Of a stretch of 64,000 nt of DNA, positions 1-12,415 are shown in pieces. The position numbers and the translations under genes were made by a program. The notes below the pieces were generated by a model that saw nothing but the letters and a program-made list of their open reading frames with translations, was not told where the DNA came from and made no database searches. The DNA is from Mobula hypostoma. Taxonomy: Eukaryota. The stretch is taken from the NCBI RefSeq assembly GCF_963921235.1, contig NC_086101.1, positions 31,372,001-31,436,000 on the forward strand. The letters run 5' to 3'. Each line of letters opens with the position of its first letter. Position 1 is the stretch's first letter.

Positions 1-1760
1 AGATCTCTGCCACACTGCTAGTGTCTTCTGCGATGAAGGCAGAGGCAAAGTACCCATTACGTTCATCTGCCATTTCTTTGTCCCCCATTACTGCCTGACC
101 AGCATCATTTTTCAGTGGTCCAATATCAACTCTCACTTCCCTTCTACTCTTTATACAACTGAAAAAATCTTTTGGTATCCCGCTTTATATTATTGGCTAG
201 TTTGCCCTCATATTTAATCTTTCCCCTTCTTATAGCTTTTTTAGTTGCCTTTTGTTGGATTTTAAAAGCTTCCCAATCATCCAACTTCCCATTCAATTTT
301 GTTACCTCATATGCCCTTTCCTTGGCTTTTATGCAGTCCTTAACCTCCCTTGTCAGCCACAATTGCCTAGCCCTGTTATTTCAGAACTTTTTCTGTGGAA
401 CATATCTATCCTGTGCCTTGTGAACTATTCCCAGTTCACAAGACACAGGATAGACTTCAGCCATCTCTGCTGTGCCGTCATCCCTGCCAGTATCCTCCTC
501 CAACCCACCTGGCAAGCTCCTTGCTCATGCCACTGTAATTCACTGTATTCTATTGCAATACTAATACCTGTGACTTTTGCTTCTTCCTCTCAAATTGCAG
601 TATGATTTCAATCAGATTATGCTCACTACCTCCTAAGGGTTTCTTTGCATTAAGCTCCCTAATAAGATCCTGGTTATTACACAACACCCAATCAAAGGTA
701 GCCTTTCCCCGAAAAGGCTCAAGCATAAGCTGCTCTAAAAAACCATCTCGCAGGCATTCAACAAATTCCCTCTACTGTGATTTGACACCAACATAATTTT
801 CCCAATCCCCTTGCATATTGAAGTCCCCCATTACAACTGTGTCATTACCCTTTTTACATGTCTTTTCTTGCTCCCTTTGCAATCTGAACCCCACATCTTG
901 GCTTCTATTTGGAGGCATAAATATGTTTCCCATTATGCTTTCTTTACCTTTGCAGTTTCTTAACTCCACCCACAAAGATTCAACATTCTCTGTCCCTCTT
1001 TCTAAAGATGTAATGTCATCTCTTACCAACAGAGCCACACCACCACCTATGCCCTCCCAATTGTCCTTTCAGTATAAAGTTAAACTCCCAACTATGGTCT
1101 TTTTCAGCCACAACTCAGTGATGACCAGAACATCATACTGACTAATCTTTAATTGGGCCATGAGTTTGTCCACCTAATTCTGAATGCTACACACATTTAA
1201 ATACGACACCTTCAGTCCTGCATTTTTCATCCATTTGAATTTTACCTCGGTGATACAATTTAACTCTTTGCTCTGTCTGCATTTGTACCCAATCATTAAC
1301 TTGTCCTTCCTTACATTCATGTTACATCCATCATCTACTTGTAAACTTGCTGGCTCATCACCAGCTCTATCATACTTGTTGCCTTATTAGTTTAAACCAC
1401 TACCAATGGCTCTAAACCTGCCTGGAAGAATGTTGATTCCCCCTTAGATTCAAGTGCAACCCATCCTTTTTGTACAAGTCCCACCTGCCCCAGAAGAGGT
1501 CCCAATTATCCAGAAATCTGAATCCCTGCCCCTCTGCTCCAATTCCTCAGCCACACATTTACCTGCCACCTCATTCTATTCCTATCCTCAAGATCGCCTG
1601 GCACAGACAGCAATCACAAGATTACTACCCTTGAGATCCTGCTTTTTAGCTTCCTTCCTAACTCCTTGTATTCTCTTTTCAGGATCTCCTTCCTTTTTCT
1701 TCCTATATCATTGGTACCAACATGTACCACAACTTCTGGCTGCTCACCCTCCCTTTTCAG
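1..1760 (-). mobile_element. CR1-type LINE remnant (ORF1 end / APE endonuclease region), runs off the window edge
   Basis: Broken ORFs with ESLWVELRNC...MGDFN (APE) and AFKIQQKATKKAIRR...KYEGKLANNIK; the same family recurs at 15.5, 27 and 58 kb. Confidence 0.85.
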
Positions 1761-2099
1761 GATATTGTGGACCATCTAATTACACCAATCCTACATTAAC
1801 CCCATTCTGCCCCTTATCTACACACTAGGAAACTTATGCTTTGTCTGTCCCACTGCAAACTGTGTACACAGGAGCAGGGTTTGTGTCTGTCCCATTATAC
1901 AGTGTGTACACAGGAACTAGGGTTGTGTTGGTCCCACTGTGCATTTAATGTCCCTACTGCTAGACTTGATGTCCTGACTGATGAAGGCTAGCATGCTAAA
2001 TACTTTCTTCACCTCCCTGTCTACCTGAGTGGCAAACTCCACCTTCCGTCTGTTCCATAAAACTCATCAGTTCCCTGTCATTCACTGTATGTCCTACCC

Positions 2100-2585
2100 C
2101 AGTTTGAACATCCAAATATATCACCTCATACTTATCGAAGTTGAAACCCATTTGTCATTCCTTAGCCCATCTCTCTAACAGTCTAACTGATCACTTTGCA
2201 ATTCATCATAATCTGCTTCACTATCAATGAGGGCCCTAATTTAGTATCACCAGCAAACTTGCTAATTGTGCCATGTACATTCATATCCAAATCATTTGAA
2301 TAAATAATGAATAATAGAGTTACCAACACTGACCCCTGGAGCACCTGAATAGTCACAGATGTCCAGCTGGAGAATCCACCCTCAATCATCAACCTCTGCT
2401 CCTATCATTCAGCAAATTCTGAATCCACCTCAGTAGCTCCCTCTGAATCCCATGCCATGTAACCTTCCAAATCAAACTGTCATATGGGACTTTTCAAAGT
2501 CCTTAATAAAACTCATATTGGTAACATCAACTGCCCTATCCTCATCCATCCACTTTCTTATCTCTTTGAAAAACTCCAAAGGATT
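2100..2585 (-). mobile_element. CR1 RT fragment
   Basis: ORF 2183-2392: WTSVTIQVLQGSVL...ISKFAGDTKLG. Confidence 0.75.
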
Positions 2586-2588
2586 CAT

Positions 2589-3934
2589 GACTTCATTAAC
2601 TTTGCCTCCAACTTTCACCCTGCCTTCAAGTTTACCTGGTCCATTTCTGACACCTCCTTCCCCTTTCTAGATCTTTCTGTCTCTATCTCTGGAGACAGCT
2701 TATCTACTGATGTCTACTATAAGCCTACAGACTCTCACAGCTATCTGGACTATTCCTCTTCTCACCCTGTCTCTTACAAAAATGCCATCCCCTTCTCGCA
2801 ATTCCTCCGTCTCCACCGCATCTGCTCTCAGGATGAGGCTTTTCATTCCAGGACAAGGGAGATGTCCCCCTTTTTTAAAGAAAGGGGCTTCCCTTCCTCC
2901 ACTATCAACTCTGCTCTCAAACGCATCTCCCCCATTTCACACACATCTGCTCTCACTCCATCCTCCCGCCACCCCACTAGGAATAGGGTTCCCCTCGTCC
3001 TCACCTACCACCCCACCAGTCTCCGGGTCCAACATATTATTCTCCGTAACTTCCGCCACCTCCAACGGGATCCCACCACTAAGCACATCTTTCCCTCCCC
3101 ACCCCCCTGCTTTCCGCAGGGATGGCTGCCTATGTGACTCCCTTGTCCATTCATCCCCCTCATCCCTCTCCACCGATCTCCCTCCTGGCACTTATCCTAG
3201 TAAGCGGAACAAGTGCTACACATGCCCTTACACTTCCTCCCTTACCACCATTCAGGGCCCCAGACAGTCCTTCCAGGTGAAGCGACACTTCACCTGTGAG
3301 TCGGCTGGGGTGATATACTGCATCCGGTGCTCCTGATGTGGCCTTCTATATATTGGCGAGACCCGACGCAGACTGGGAGACCGCTTCGCTGAACACCTAC
3401 GCTCTGTCCGCCAGAGAAAGCAGGATCTCCCGGTGGTCACACATTTTAATTCCATATCCCATTCCCATTCTGACATGTCTATCCACGGCCTCCTCTACTG
3501 TAAAGATGAAGCCACACTCAGGTTGGAGGAACAACACCTTATATTCCATCTGGGTAGCCTCCAACCTGATGGCATGAACATCGACTTCTCTAACTTCCGC
3601 TAATGCCCCACCTCCCCCTTGTACCCCATCCGTTATTTATTTATATACACACATTCTTTTTCTCTCTCTCCTTTTTCTCCCTCTGTCCCTCTCACTATAC
3701 CCCTTGCCCATCCTCTGGGCTTTTATCCCCCCCCTTTTCCTTCTCCCTGGGCCTCCTGTCTCATGATCTTCTCGTATCCCCTTTTTGCCTATCACCTGTC
3801 CAGCTCTTGTCTCCATCCCTCCCCCTCCTGTCTTCTCCTATCATTTTCGATCTCCCCCTCCCCCTCCCACTTTCAAATCTCTTACTAGCTCTTCTTTCAG
3901 TTAGTCCTGACGAAGGGTCTCGGCCGGAAACGTC
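2589..3934 (+). mobile_element. Penelope-like element, 5'-truncated (RT C-terminus, GIY-YIG endonuclease, 3' tail)
   Basis: [20 protein letters not shown]...IPFSQFLRL (PLE RT thumb) and GVIYCIRCS...[17 protein letters not shown] (GIY-YIG). Confidence 0.92.
3903..3934 (+). ncRNA. Minimal hammerhead ribozyme motif, truncated at the cleavage triplet
   Basis: AGTC CTGACGA AGGG TCTCGG CCG GAAA C GTC; the 3' strand of stem I is missing. Confidence 0.6.
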
Positions 3935-4437
3935 TTACAGACAGAGGCAGGAATTGAACTCCAATCACTGATCATTGGTACTGTGAAGTTTTGCACTAAC
4001 CACAAACTACTGTGTCATCCTAGTCTCTCCCTAGTCACCCTTATATTGTTAATATAATTGAGGATCATCTTGGGATTATCCTTAACTCTGCCTGACAAAT
4101 CCACCTCATACTTATACTATGGGCTCACTTTCAGAAACTCTTTATCTCATATTCCTAATATTTATTGCTTATTTATTTTTATTACTATTTTTCTTTCTGT
4201 ATTTGCACACTGGTTGAACACCCAAGTCGGAGCAGACTTTCATTGCTTCTATTATTGTTATTATTGTATTATGGACTTATTGAATACATCTGAAAAAAAT
4301 GAATCTCAGGGTTGTATATGGTGACGTATATGTCCTTTGATAATAAATTTACTTTGAACTTTGAACTTTTGCCCGCTTGATTTCGCTCTTAAGTTTGTTC
4401 TTAAACTTTATATATTTGCCAAGATATTCATATGTAG

Positions 4438-4726
4438 CCAACTGCTGGCAGTTAGTGTAATGCTGTTATAAGTGCCTGCTGTAAGATCGGGGTTCAATTC
4501 CTGTTGCTGCCTGTAAGGAGTTTGTACTTTCTTCCAATGACTGTGTGGGTTTCCTCTGGGTACTCTGAATTCCCCACATTCCAAACACGTGTGAGTTAGG
4601 ATTAGTAAGATGTGGGCATGCCATGTGGCAACACTTGCAGGCTGCCCAGCACAATCCTCACTGAGTTGACTTGACGCAGATGATGCATTTCACTGTATGC
4701 TTTGATGTACATGTGACAAATAAAGC
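4438..4726 (+). mobile_element. tRNA-derived SINE with LINE-like 3' tail
   Basis: A-box-like TGGCAGTTAGTG, B-box-like GGGTTCAATTCC, core CTGTGTGGGTTTCCTCTGGGTACTC, tail GTACATGTGACAAATAAAGCT. Antisense relatives at about 3935-4015 and 39050-39325. Confidence 0.75.
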
Positions 4727-4728
4727 TA

Positions 4729-5622
4729 GAGGTTGAGCACACCTTATCCAAAATGCATGGGGTCAGAAGTGTTTGCGATTGCGGATTTTTTTGGATTTTG
4801 AAATATTTGCATCCATATAATGAAATACCTTAGGGATGGGATCCGTCTCAACACAAAATTACATTTACATTACATTACATTTACAGTTTACATATATATA
4901 CATATATACACACACTGAAGGTAGCTTTATATAATATTTTAATAACTTTGGACACAAAACAATAATGTATACGTTGAACCATCATAAGTATAAGTATACA
5001 TATCAGTATGTTGGTTACCCAGGTGGACAGTCAGTGGTTTTGGCATCTCCATCATTCCCGACTCTGAATTACTGTGCTGCTGGTAATCAATCTTCGTCTT
5101 ACACTTGTTCATCACAGATATGAACTGATACAGACATTCATGTGTTAGACTTTCATCACCAATGAATCTTGGCGATCTCATCGATGAATTTTGCTGCTGC
5201 TTCATGATCAGCAGAAACTTTATCACCACAAAGTATTAAAACAATTAATGTAATCCCTTTTCTTAAATTTCTGCAACTAGCCTGTTGAATATTCACAATT
5301 GCTTTCAATTTTCAATTCATTGTGGTAGCTCTTTGCTTGCTTCATGATCAGCATACTGTTAAGCTGCATATGTTCACTCCAGCAACGATTCCACTCTTGC
5401 AATACATGATGGAGATCTTCATTTTTCATTTTATGGAATGTTTTTCATTACATATGTGAGGTCACTTCTCAGCACTGTCTGTGGTGCACATCACCTGGGA
5501 TCCTTCCCAGAGCCTCGTGGAATTTTCCATCTGTGATATCATATCAGCATTCAAAAAAATTTCAGATACTTTATCCTGAGGTTTTCAGATTCTGGAATTT
5601 CAGACATGGGGTACTTAACCTG
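4729..5622 (-). mobile_element. Tigger/pogo-type DNA transposon remnant
   Basis: Terminal inverted repeats (G/C)AGGTT(G/A)AG(C/T)AC..., with TA on the left, and a decayed CENP-B-type HTH coding region. Confidence 0.75.
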
Positions 5623-8600
5623 TTATATTTCTTTTCTTTCTTTTCTTTTCTCTAATGACAGCCTTGCTATCTCTTATCAGTCAGGGTTCTCTTGAACTTA
5701 GTATGCTTATCCCTTACTCTGTGTATCTGAGTGCAGTGGTTATGTTTGAGTGTATGAGTACATGCCTGTGTGTGTATATATGCGCTTGTGTTGGAGTGGG
5801 ACACAGAGAGATGACAGTCACCAGCCCCTCCCCATCTCCAGGTTGTGGTTCCCAGTCCCACAGCCCCGGCAGGCTCCACACAGCAAGGAAGGAGGGGGCA
5901 GGGCCACTGTCTTCCTGTTGCTGTGGGTCAGTGTGTTCCAAAGATAAAACATCTCATGGTCAGTGTTGGGGAGAGCAGGACAGTCCCACTGGCTCCTGCA
6001 CCAGTAGCTGCCCCAACCAATGTCACTGAAGCAGGTCCCCTGGTGATGATTACACTGCTGTTTATGGGGTCTTGCTGAGTGCAGAATTGCTCCACTTCAC
6101 AATCTCAACATCAGCTCTCACCCCTCTGGGGTGTACAACAGGGGGTGGGGGGTGTGAGTGTGAAGAGTGTGAAGGGGGTGTAGTAAGCACCTTGATTTTT
6201 AAACTGCCGCTGAACGGTGGTGGAGCAATGGGTCAGGTATATCTCCAACCTCACCTTCCTACGTCCCAGTAACCTGTCAACCCGGTAAACTGTCACCCCG
6301 GTAACCTGTCACTCTGGTAATTTTTCAGCCTGATACCTATTTATCATCTTGATAAACTCTTCACCTCTATAAACAATCCATCCACCACTGCCTTAAAAAT
6401 TCCTAAAGCCTCTGCTTCCACCATCCTTTGAAGGAGTGAGTTCCAGTGATTTTCAGATTGGCAGAATTTCAGATGGTGATGAGGAGACGTGCATGAGAAT
6501 CACAGAGTATCTGGTTGAGTGGTGTCACAGCAACAACCTTGTACTCGACATCATTAAGTAAAGAATTTATTGTGGACTTCAAGAATGTAGGACAAGGAAC
6601 ACACACCAGTCCTTATCAAGGGATCAGAAGTGGAAAGAGTGAACACATTCAACGTCTCTGAGGGTCTTTCAGAATAAGCTGCAGAAAGTTTTAAACTCAG
6701 TCTGCTCCATCATGAGCACTAGCTTCCCCAGGATCGAGAACACCAGCAAAAGGTGACTCCTCAGAAAGGCAGCATCCATCATTAAGGAGCCCCATCACCC
6801 AGTACGTGCTCTCTTCTCATTGCTACCATCAAGGAGGAGTTACAGGAGGGTGAAAACACACACTCACCATTTCAGGAACAGGTTCTTCCCCTCCACCATC
6901 CGATTTGTGAATGAACAATGAACCTATGATCACTTCTTCAGTATTTTCCCTCTATTTTTGCACTACATATTTAATTTATTTTTATATGTATTCACTTCTT
7001 ATTGTAACTTACAGTGTTTATTATTATGTATTGCCTTGTACTGCAGCCACAAAACAATTTTCATGACATATGCTGGAGATATTAAACCTGATTCAGATTC
7101 TGATTCTGACTACTTGACGGATCCCTCTCAGATCCATACAGCCAGTGCTCTCCACAGTTTATGAATGATCCAGTGATATGGTTGGATCATGCTGTGCACA
7201 GCGGCCCTCACTGTCCAGAGCTCAGGCCGCAGTCTCTGAGAGACACTCCCTGCTGAACGGAACTGTGGATAAAACATTGACTACAACAATTTCAGACAAC
7301 CAGCCATTCCAGTTTGTTCTGGGAGCAGCCGGTTGTGATGTAAAATCACCCACTATAGTTCAGGTTTCTTCTCCCTGCAGCCACTATCTGACATGGTGCC
7401 GATTACCAAACTTCTCCTTTATTTAAGATTTCCAGCATCTCCAGTGTTATCCCTCTCACAATTCCAGCTTTGTTATTTACCCCTCTCCCCTGCCCTCCTT
7501 CACATTGAGTATTTACCCTCACTCTGACACTGAAAGGCGTCCCTGCAGATCCAGGACCTGAGAAGCAATCCCTACCCAGCAACAGATGACAAACTGTAGT
7601 TGTTCCATTTCATTGGCTTGCTTCTCCATTAAGGTCCCGTGGTTTATAGATGTCAGTCAGTCTGTTTCTCTGCTGCTTGTAGTTGGGGATTTTACAGCCA
7701 GCCCCTCCCCCTCAGAGTCATATTGTCATGGAGTTATACATTACAGAAACAAGACTTAGGTCCAAATCGTCAATGCAGATGAAGATGCCCATCTAATCTA
7801 GTCCAATTTGCCCATATTTGCTCTATATTGCTCTCAATATTTTCTATTCATCTGGCTGTTCAAATGTCATTTAAATATTATTATTGTACTTGCCTCAGTC
7901 ACTGCCTGTGGCAGATTATTTCATAATTGCTCCTCTCTGTTTAGAGAAGTTGCTTTTCAGGTCCCTTATAAAACTTTTCTCTCTTAAGAGAGAGAAGAGT
8001 TAAACTTATGTTTACACTTATGTCCTCTAGTTTTTTTGTTTTCTTTCCCTTATCCTGGATAAAACTGTATGCATTCACCCTATCTATCCAAACAGGTTCA
8101 ATTTCCTGCTTGCCAGTATGTCAGAAGATCTGCCTGGGCCCAGCACATTGAACCAATCATGAAGAAGCTCCATTCATTTGGAATTTGAGGAGATTTATGT
8201 GTCAGCAGATTTCCATAGGTGTACAGTGGAGAGCATTCTGACTGGTTGCATCAGAACCTGACGTGGAGGAGCCATTGCCAAAGATTGTCAACTCAGCCAA
8301 CTCCATCATGGGGACAACCCTCCCCACCATTGAGGACATCTTCAAGAAGCACTGCTTCAAGATGGCAGAATCCATCATTATGCACCCTCATCAAAGGAGA
8401 AGTCTGGTAATGACAGCATAATGACATGTTCTCATTACCACCATCAGGGATGGTAGTACTGTATCTTGAGACCTACATACATCAATTCAAATATAGCATC
8501 TTCCCCTCTGTCATCAGAATTCTGAACATGTGAATGTGACACCTTCCCCTTCTTTGCACTCTTTATTTGTTTTGTAATTTATAGCAGTGTTCTGCCTTTC

Positions 8601-9680
8601 TACTGTAATACCTGCTACAAAACAAAATTTTTCACTTCATAAGACAGTGTTATTAAACCTGATTCCAATTCTGATTTGCCCCTTACGACTATAACATCAC
8701 CGCTCAAACTCCTTCCGTGCCCAGTCTGCTCAAACTCACCCTGTAACCCAGGCCTTCAAATTCCAACAATATTTTCATAAACCTGTTTGAAATTTTCCCT
8801 CCAATGAGGTTGCCAAAACTGTGCAAGTATGCCAGATGAAACCTCACCAGCACTTTTCAAAGTTCAAAGTAAATTTATTATCAAGAATACGTCTAAGTCA
8901 CCAAATACCACCGAGATTCATTTTCTTTCAGACATTCAGAAAGAACAAAGAATCAATGAAAACCTACACACAAAGACTGACAAGCAACCCTTGTGTAAAA
9001 GAAGACAAACTACACAAATACAGAAAAGACAAATAATAATAAATTATCAAGAAAGTAAGTAACAGGAAGAATACGAATTGTAGAATTCTTGAAAGTGAGT
9101 CCACAGTTTGTGTTCAATGATCATTTCAGTGTTGTGCTGAGTGAAGATGTCCACGCTGGTCCAGGAGCCTGATGGCTGAAGGATAATAACTTTTCCTGAA
9201 CAGGTGGTATGGGACTTGATGCTCCAGTACCTCCTTCCTGATCATAGCAGTGAGAAAAGATGTCCTGGATGCTGGGGATTCTTGATGATGGATGCTGGCT
9301 TCATGTGGCAGTGTTCTTTGTAAAAGTGCTCAGTGGTGGGGAAGACTTTCCTGTGATGGACGACACTGTGGCCAACATTTTTTGCAGACTTTTCTGTTTT
9401 TGGCCACTGGTGTTTGCTTACCAGGCCATGATGCAACCAGTCAAGATACTTTCCACTGTGCATCTATTGTAGTTTGTGAAAGTTTTAGATAGCATGCAGA
9501 ATCTGTGCAAACTCAAAGTCAGTTTGTACTTTGTACAACTGCAACAGAATGTCATAACACCAAAACCCAATGCCCTCTAGTCCCTAATCCAAACACCTCC
9601 CCAACCTCTCCCTTTCATTCCCTGAAACCATCTATAGCACAGCCTCCTCTTTCTTTCCCCCGGTCCCTCCACCTGGATAT
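4830..9680 (+). repeat. Segmental duplication, copy 1 (partner about 12410-15545)
   Basis: Colinear blocks 4830-6320/12410-13910, 7990-8560/13910-14400 and 8690-9680/14500-15545, including a shared Tigger-to-unique-flank junction. Confidence 0.85.
7554..7707 (+). promoter_or_regulatory. S-X-Y module A plus kappaB-like block
   Basis: GGACCTG (S, 7554), CCCAGCAACAGATG-AC (X1/X2, 7575), ATTGG (Y, 7612; 37 nt from X start), TTTATAGA at about 7643, GGGGATTTTAC at 7685. Confidence 0.8.
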
Positions 9681-10803
9681 CCCTGTTGTTTCTGCTCTTC
9701 CCTGCTCCTACTCCGATTCCTCACAGCTGAATCCAGTATCCAGTAAATTTAGGACTATTGATGTATGTAGAGATTTTCACATGCAAGTTTGCTGATGCAT
9801 GCGGTAAAAATGGCAGATGGCATACTTGCCTTCATCAGTCCAGGCACTGAATATAACAGCTAACCAGGCATTTTGTAGCTGCATAAAACTTTGTTTAGGC
9901 CACACATATTATGAGTAATCTGTGCAGTTCCAGTCACCCCATCACAGAAAAAATGTGGGGGTTTCAGAGAGGGTACAGAAAATGTTCACCTGGATGCTGG
10001 CTGGATTAGAGAACATTAGCCACATGGAGAGATCGGACAAACTCTGGAGCATCAGGGTCTGAGCACTGATCCAATGGAAGTATATGAGAGACATAATGAG
10101 AGTTTATGAGAGACATAACTAGAGTAGATAAAAGTCTATTTCCCAGTGTGGAAGTGTTAAATACTAGAAAGCACAGGCTTAATGTGTGAGGGGAGGATGT
10201 TTAAACAAGACTGCAGTGCAAGGTTTTTACACAGACAGTGGTTAGTGTCCTGAATATCGGTAGATAATTTTCTGGCAAGATGACAGTGCGACTGGTTGCA
10301 GCAGCTTCTGTCAGCTAACAAAAGGCACTATCGATCTACCTACACATATGTCTAATGATTGCAGGATCCTGCTTTATGTTAAGAACACAGTACTGTAGAT
10401 CTACACCATCAGCGAGTTGCTCACTGGCGGAGAGAATGAAAGAGTTGCACAACATGCTGCTGCCTAATTTGATGGCAGCTTACAGTCTAATAGTGAGTGG
10501 CTGTCATGGTTGCTTTTCTTGTGAGTGCAATTAACAATTAATTCTGCTCTCCTCAACTGATCAATGCGTTTTCTCCAGATGATATCAGATGCAATCTCTA
10601 AAGTATACAAGAGAGGCCTAGTGCTCTTCTTAATCTTTCAAAGTACCCAATTTTGATCACCTCTGTAGTCCCTCACCAGGACCTCTTGACCAGGAGTGAA
10701 ACATTGAACCTCCTTGTTTCAGGAGCTCTCAATTTGCTTAGATGTTTCAGGCCAAGATGTCTCTGCAGATCCGAAGTCAGTGTAAAACATCCCTGATCTC
10801 ACT

Positions 10804-10948
10804 GGAGCTTCAAAAACAAAATCTACCCAGCAACAGGTTACAAACTGTGACATTGCCATTTCATTGGCTTGTTTATGAACCTGTGGTTAGAGTGGCTGCG
10901 GTCTATTTCTCTGCTGCTTGTAGTTGGGGATTTTCCAGCCAACCCATC
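10804..10948 (+). promoter_or_regulatory. S-X-Y module B plus kappaB site
   Basis: GGAGCTT (10804), CCCAGCAACAGGTT (10826), ATTGG (10863; 37 nt), GGGGATTTTCC (10926). Confidence 0.75.
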
Positions 10949-11439
10949 CCCCAGTGTCCCATCTGAACTGAACTCCCTCTGGTTCCCATTTCCATCAGGT
11001 TTGACGACCTGAAGGTGCTGGGGATCTGATTTGGAGAGGTTGAGGCATTAACAAGTTTTCCTGGAGCAGATGGGAAAGGTCAAACAAATAGTTAAGTCAA
11101 TGGAAACGGCATCCACTGCCCTTAACTGGGAAGAACTTGTTTATCAATCGTGGTGTGCTCTCAGGGCTGCTGTACTTGGCGCTGATGTGGCCTGTTCCCC
11201 ACTGCTCTCCCTCGGTAATTAGTAGAACCATCTTTTGCTTCAACACAAAATGTGTCCAATGGGTCATGTAATATTTTGTAACTCCAATACATAAAAGTTA
11301 TAAAAAACACAGGGTGGGGGTTAATGTGTGTACGTTCATTTTTACTTTTAGAGATGCGTGCGCATATGATGTAGTGGCACAATAACGCATGCCATTCATG
11401 TACTTTTACATACAGTATAACCTGTGATAAATTATTTCA

Positions 11440-12415
11440 ACAAACAAAGATGTTAACTGTGGAGGATTTCTTACTCTTGTGGGATAACATCTTTGGCATG
11501 AGAGGCTTATAGCTGTGAAGCAATCACAGGTTCTCGGGCATTTTCCACAGTAGTTGTAAGAGTTGTGTCTGGGACTGTAGGAATGGTTCTCACACTCTGG
11601 TCACCTTTCCTCTCTTATAATTAACTCTGCTCTCCTCAACTGATCAATATGTCCTTCCAGATGATATCACATGCAATCTCCAAAATATACAAGAGAGGTC
11701 CTGTTCTCACTTTAATCTTTCCTAGTACCCAATTTTGATCACCTCTATAGCCTCTCACCAGGACTGTTTGACCAGGAGTGAAACATTGAAGCTCCTTGTT
11801 TGAGGAGCCTCAATTCACCTCAACTGTTTGCCCTGCATAATCCTTCTGAGATTGGGGGTTTGAGGAGATTCAAGCTGGTGAGCTGTTGGTTGTGGAGTGT
11901 GCTACATTGTAATGTGGAAGGAAGAAGTTGGAAAGCTTCTGGTTCAGTGTTAGTGTCGTGACTTCAGCCAAAATTCTTTAGACTCTGGACAAATCTCTCC
12001 ACAAAGCCATTTGCAGCTAGGTCCAGATGTAATATACCTCATTGTATCTATTTTCAGGAATGACTGAAACTGTTCTGTAACATACTGTGGTCTATTTTCA
12101 CTAAGTACTCCGGAACAGCAGACCCAGAGAAGAGGCTTCTTAACACATCAACAGTATGCAAGGCTGTAGTGGAGGATATTGTGAACACTTCTGGCTACTT
12201 TGTAGCTGCATTCACTACTACCAAGAAATCTGAGCCCATGAATTGTCTGGCAAAACCCACATGGATCCTCTGCTCGGGTAATGCAGGCCATTCCCAGGGA
12301 TGGAAAGAAGCTTCTCTTGGGCAGCTTTTGGACATGTTGGCATCCCAAACAGTGAATGGTAAACTGCTCAATCTGATGATCTATCCCAGACCTCCAGACA
12401 AAGCTTTGAGCCTGG
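11440..12415 (-). mobile_element. Gypsy/Ty3 integrase relic; its 3' part is also duplicated at about 10260-10745
   Basis: QAQSFVWRSGIDHQIEQFTIHCLGCQHVQKLP (integrase Zn-binding region) and a C-terminal WRKRIDQLRRAE-like motif. Confidence 0.75.

Noticed and set aside
4438-4520. tRNA gene
   Set aside because: A/B-box-like head continues into SINE core and tail; no cloverleaf.
5655-6078. ORFs 5655-6029, 5845-6078 and 13171-13683, with a hydrophobic end (VVITLLFMGSC), as class II alpha or other exons
   Set aside because: No alpha1 or Ig motifs, the frames are not preserved between the duplicates, and no coherent splice chain.
6265-6320. Short direct repeats as a CRISPR-like array
   Set aside because: Head-to-tail units with no spacers, in a vertebrate genome.
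7720-7760. ATGs downstream of modules A and C as leader exons
   Set aside because: The encoded peptides are not signal-like and have no donor or downstream class II exons on the plus strand.
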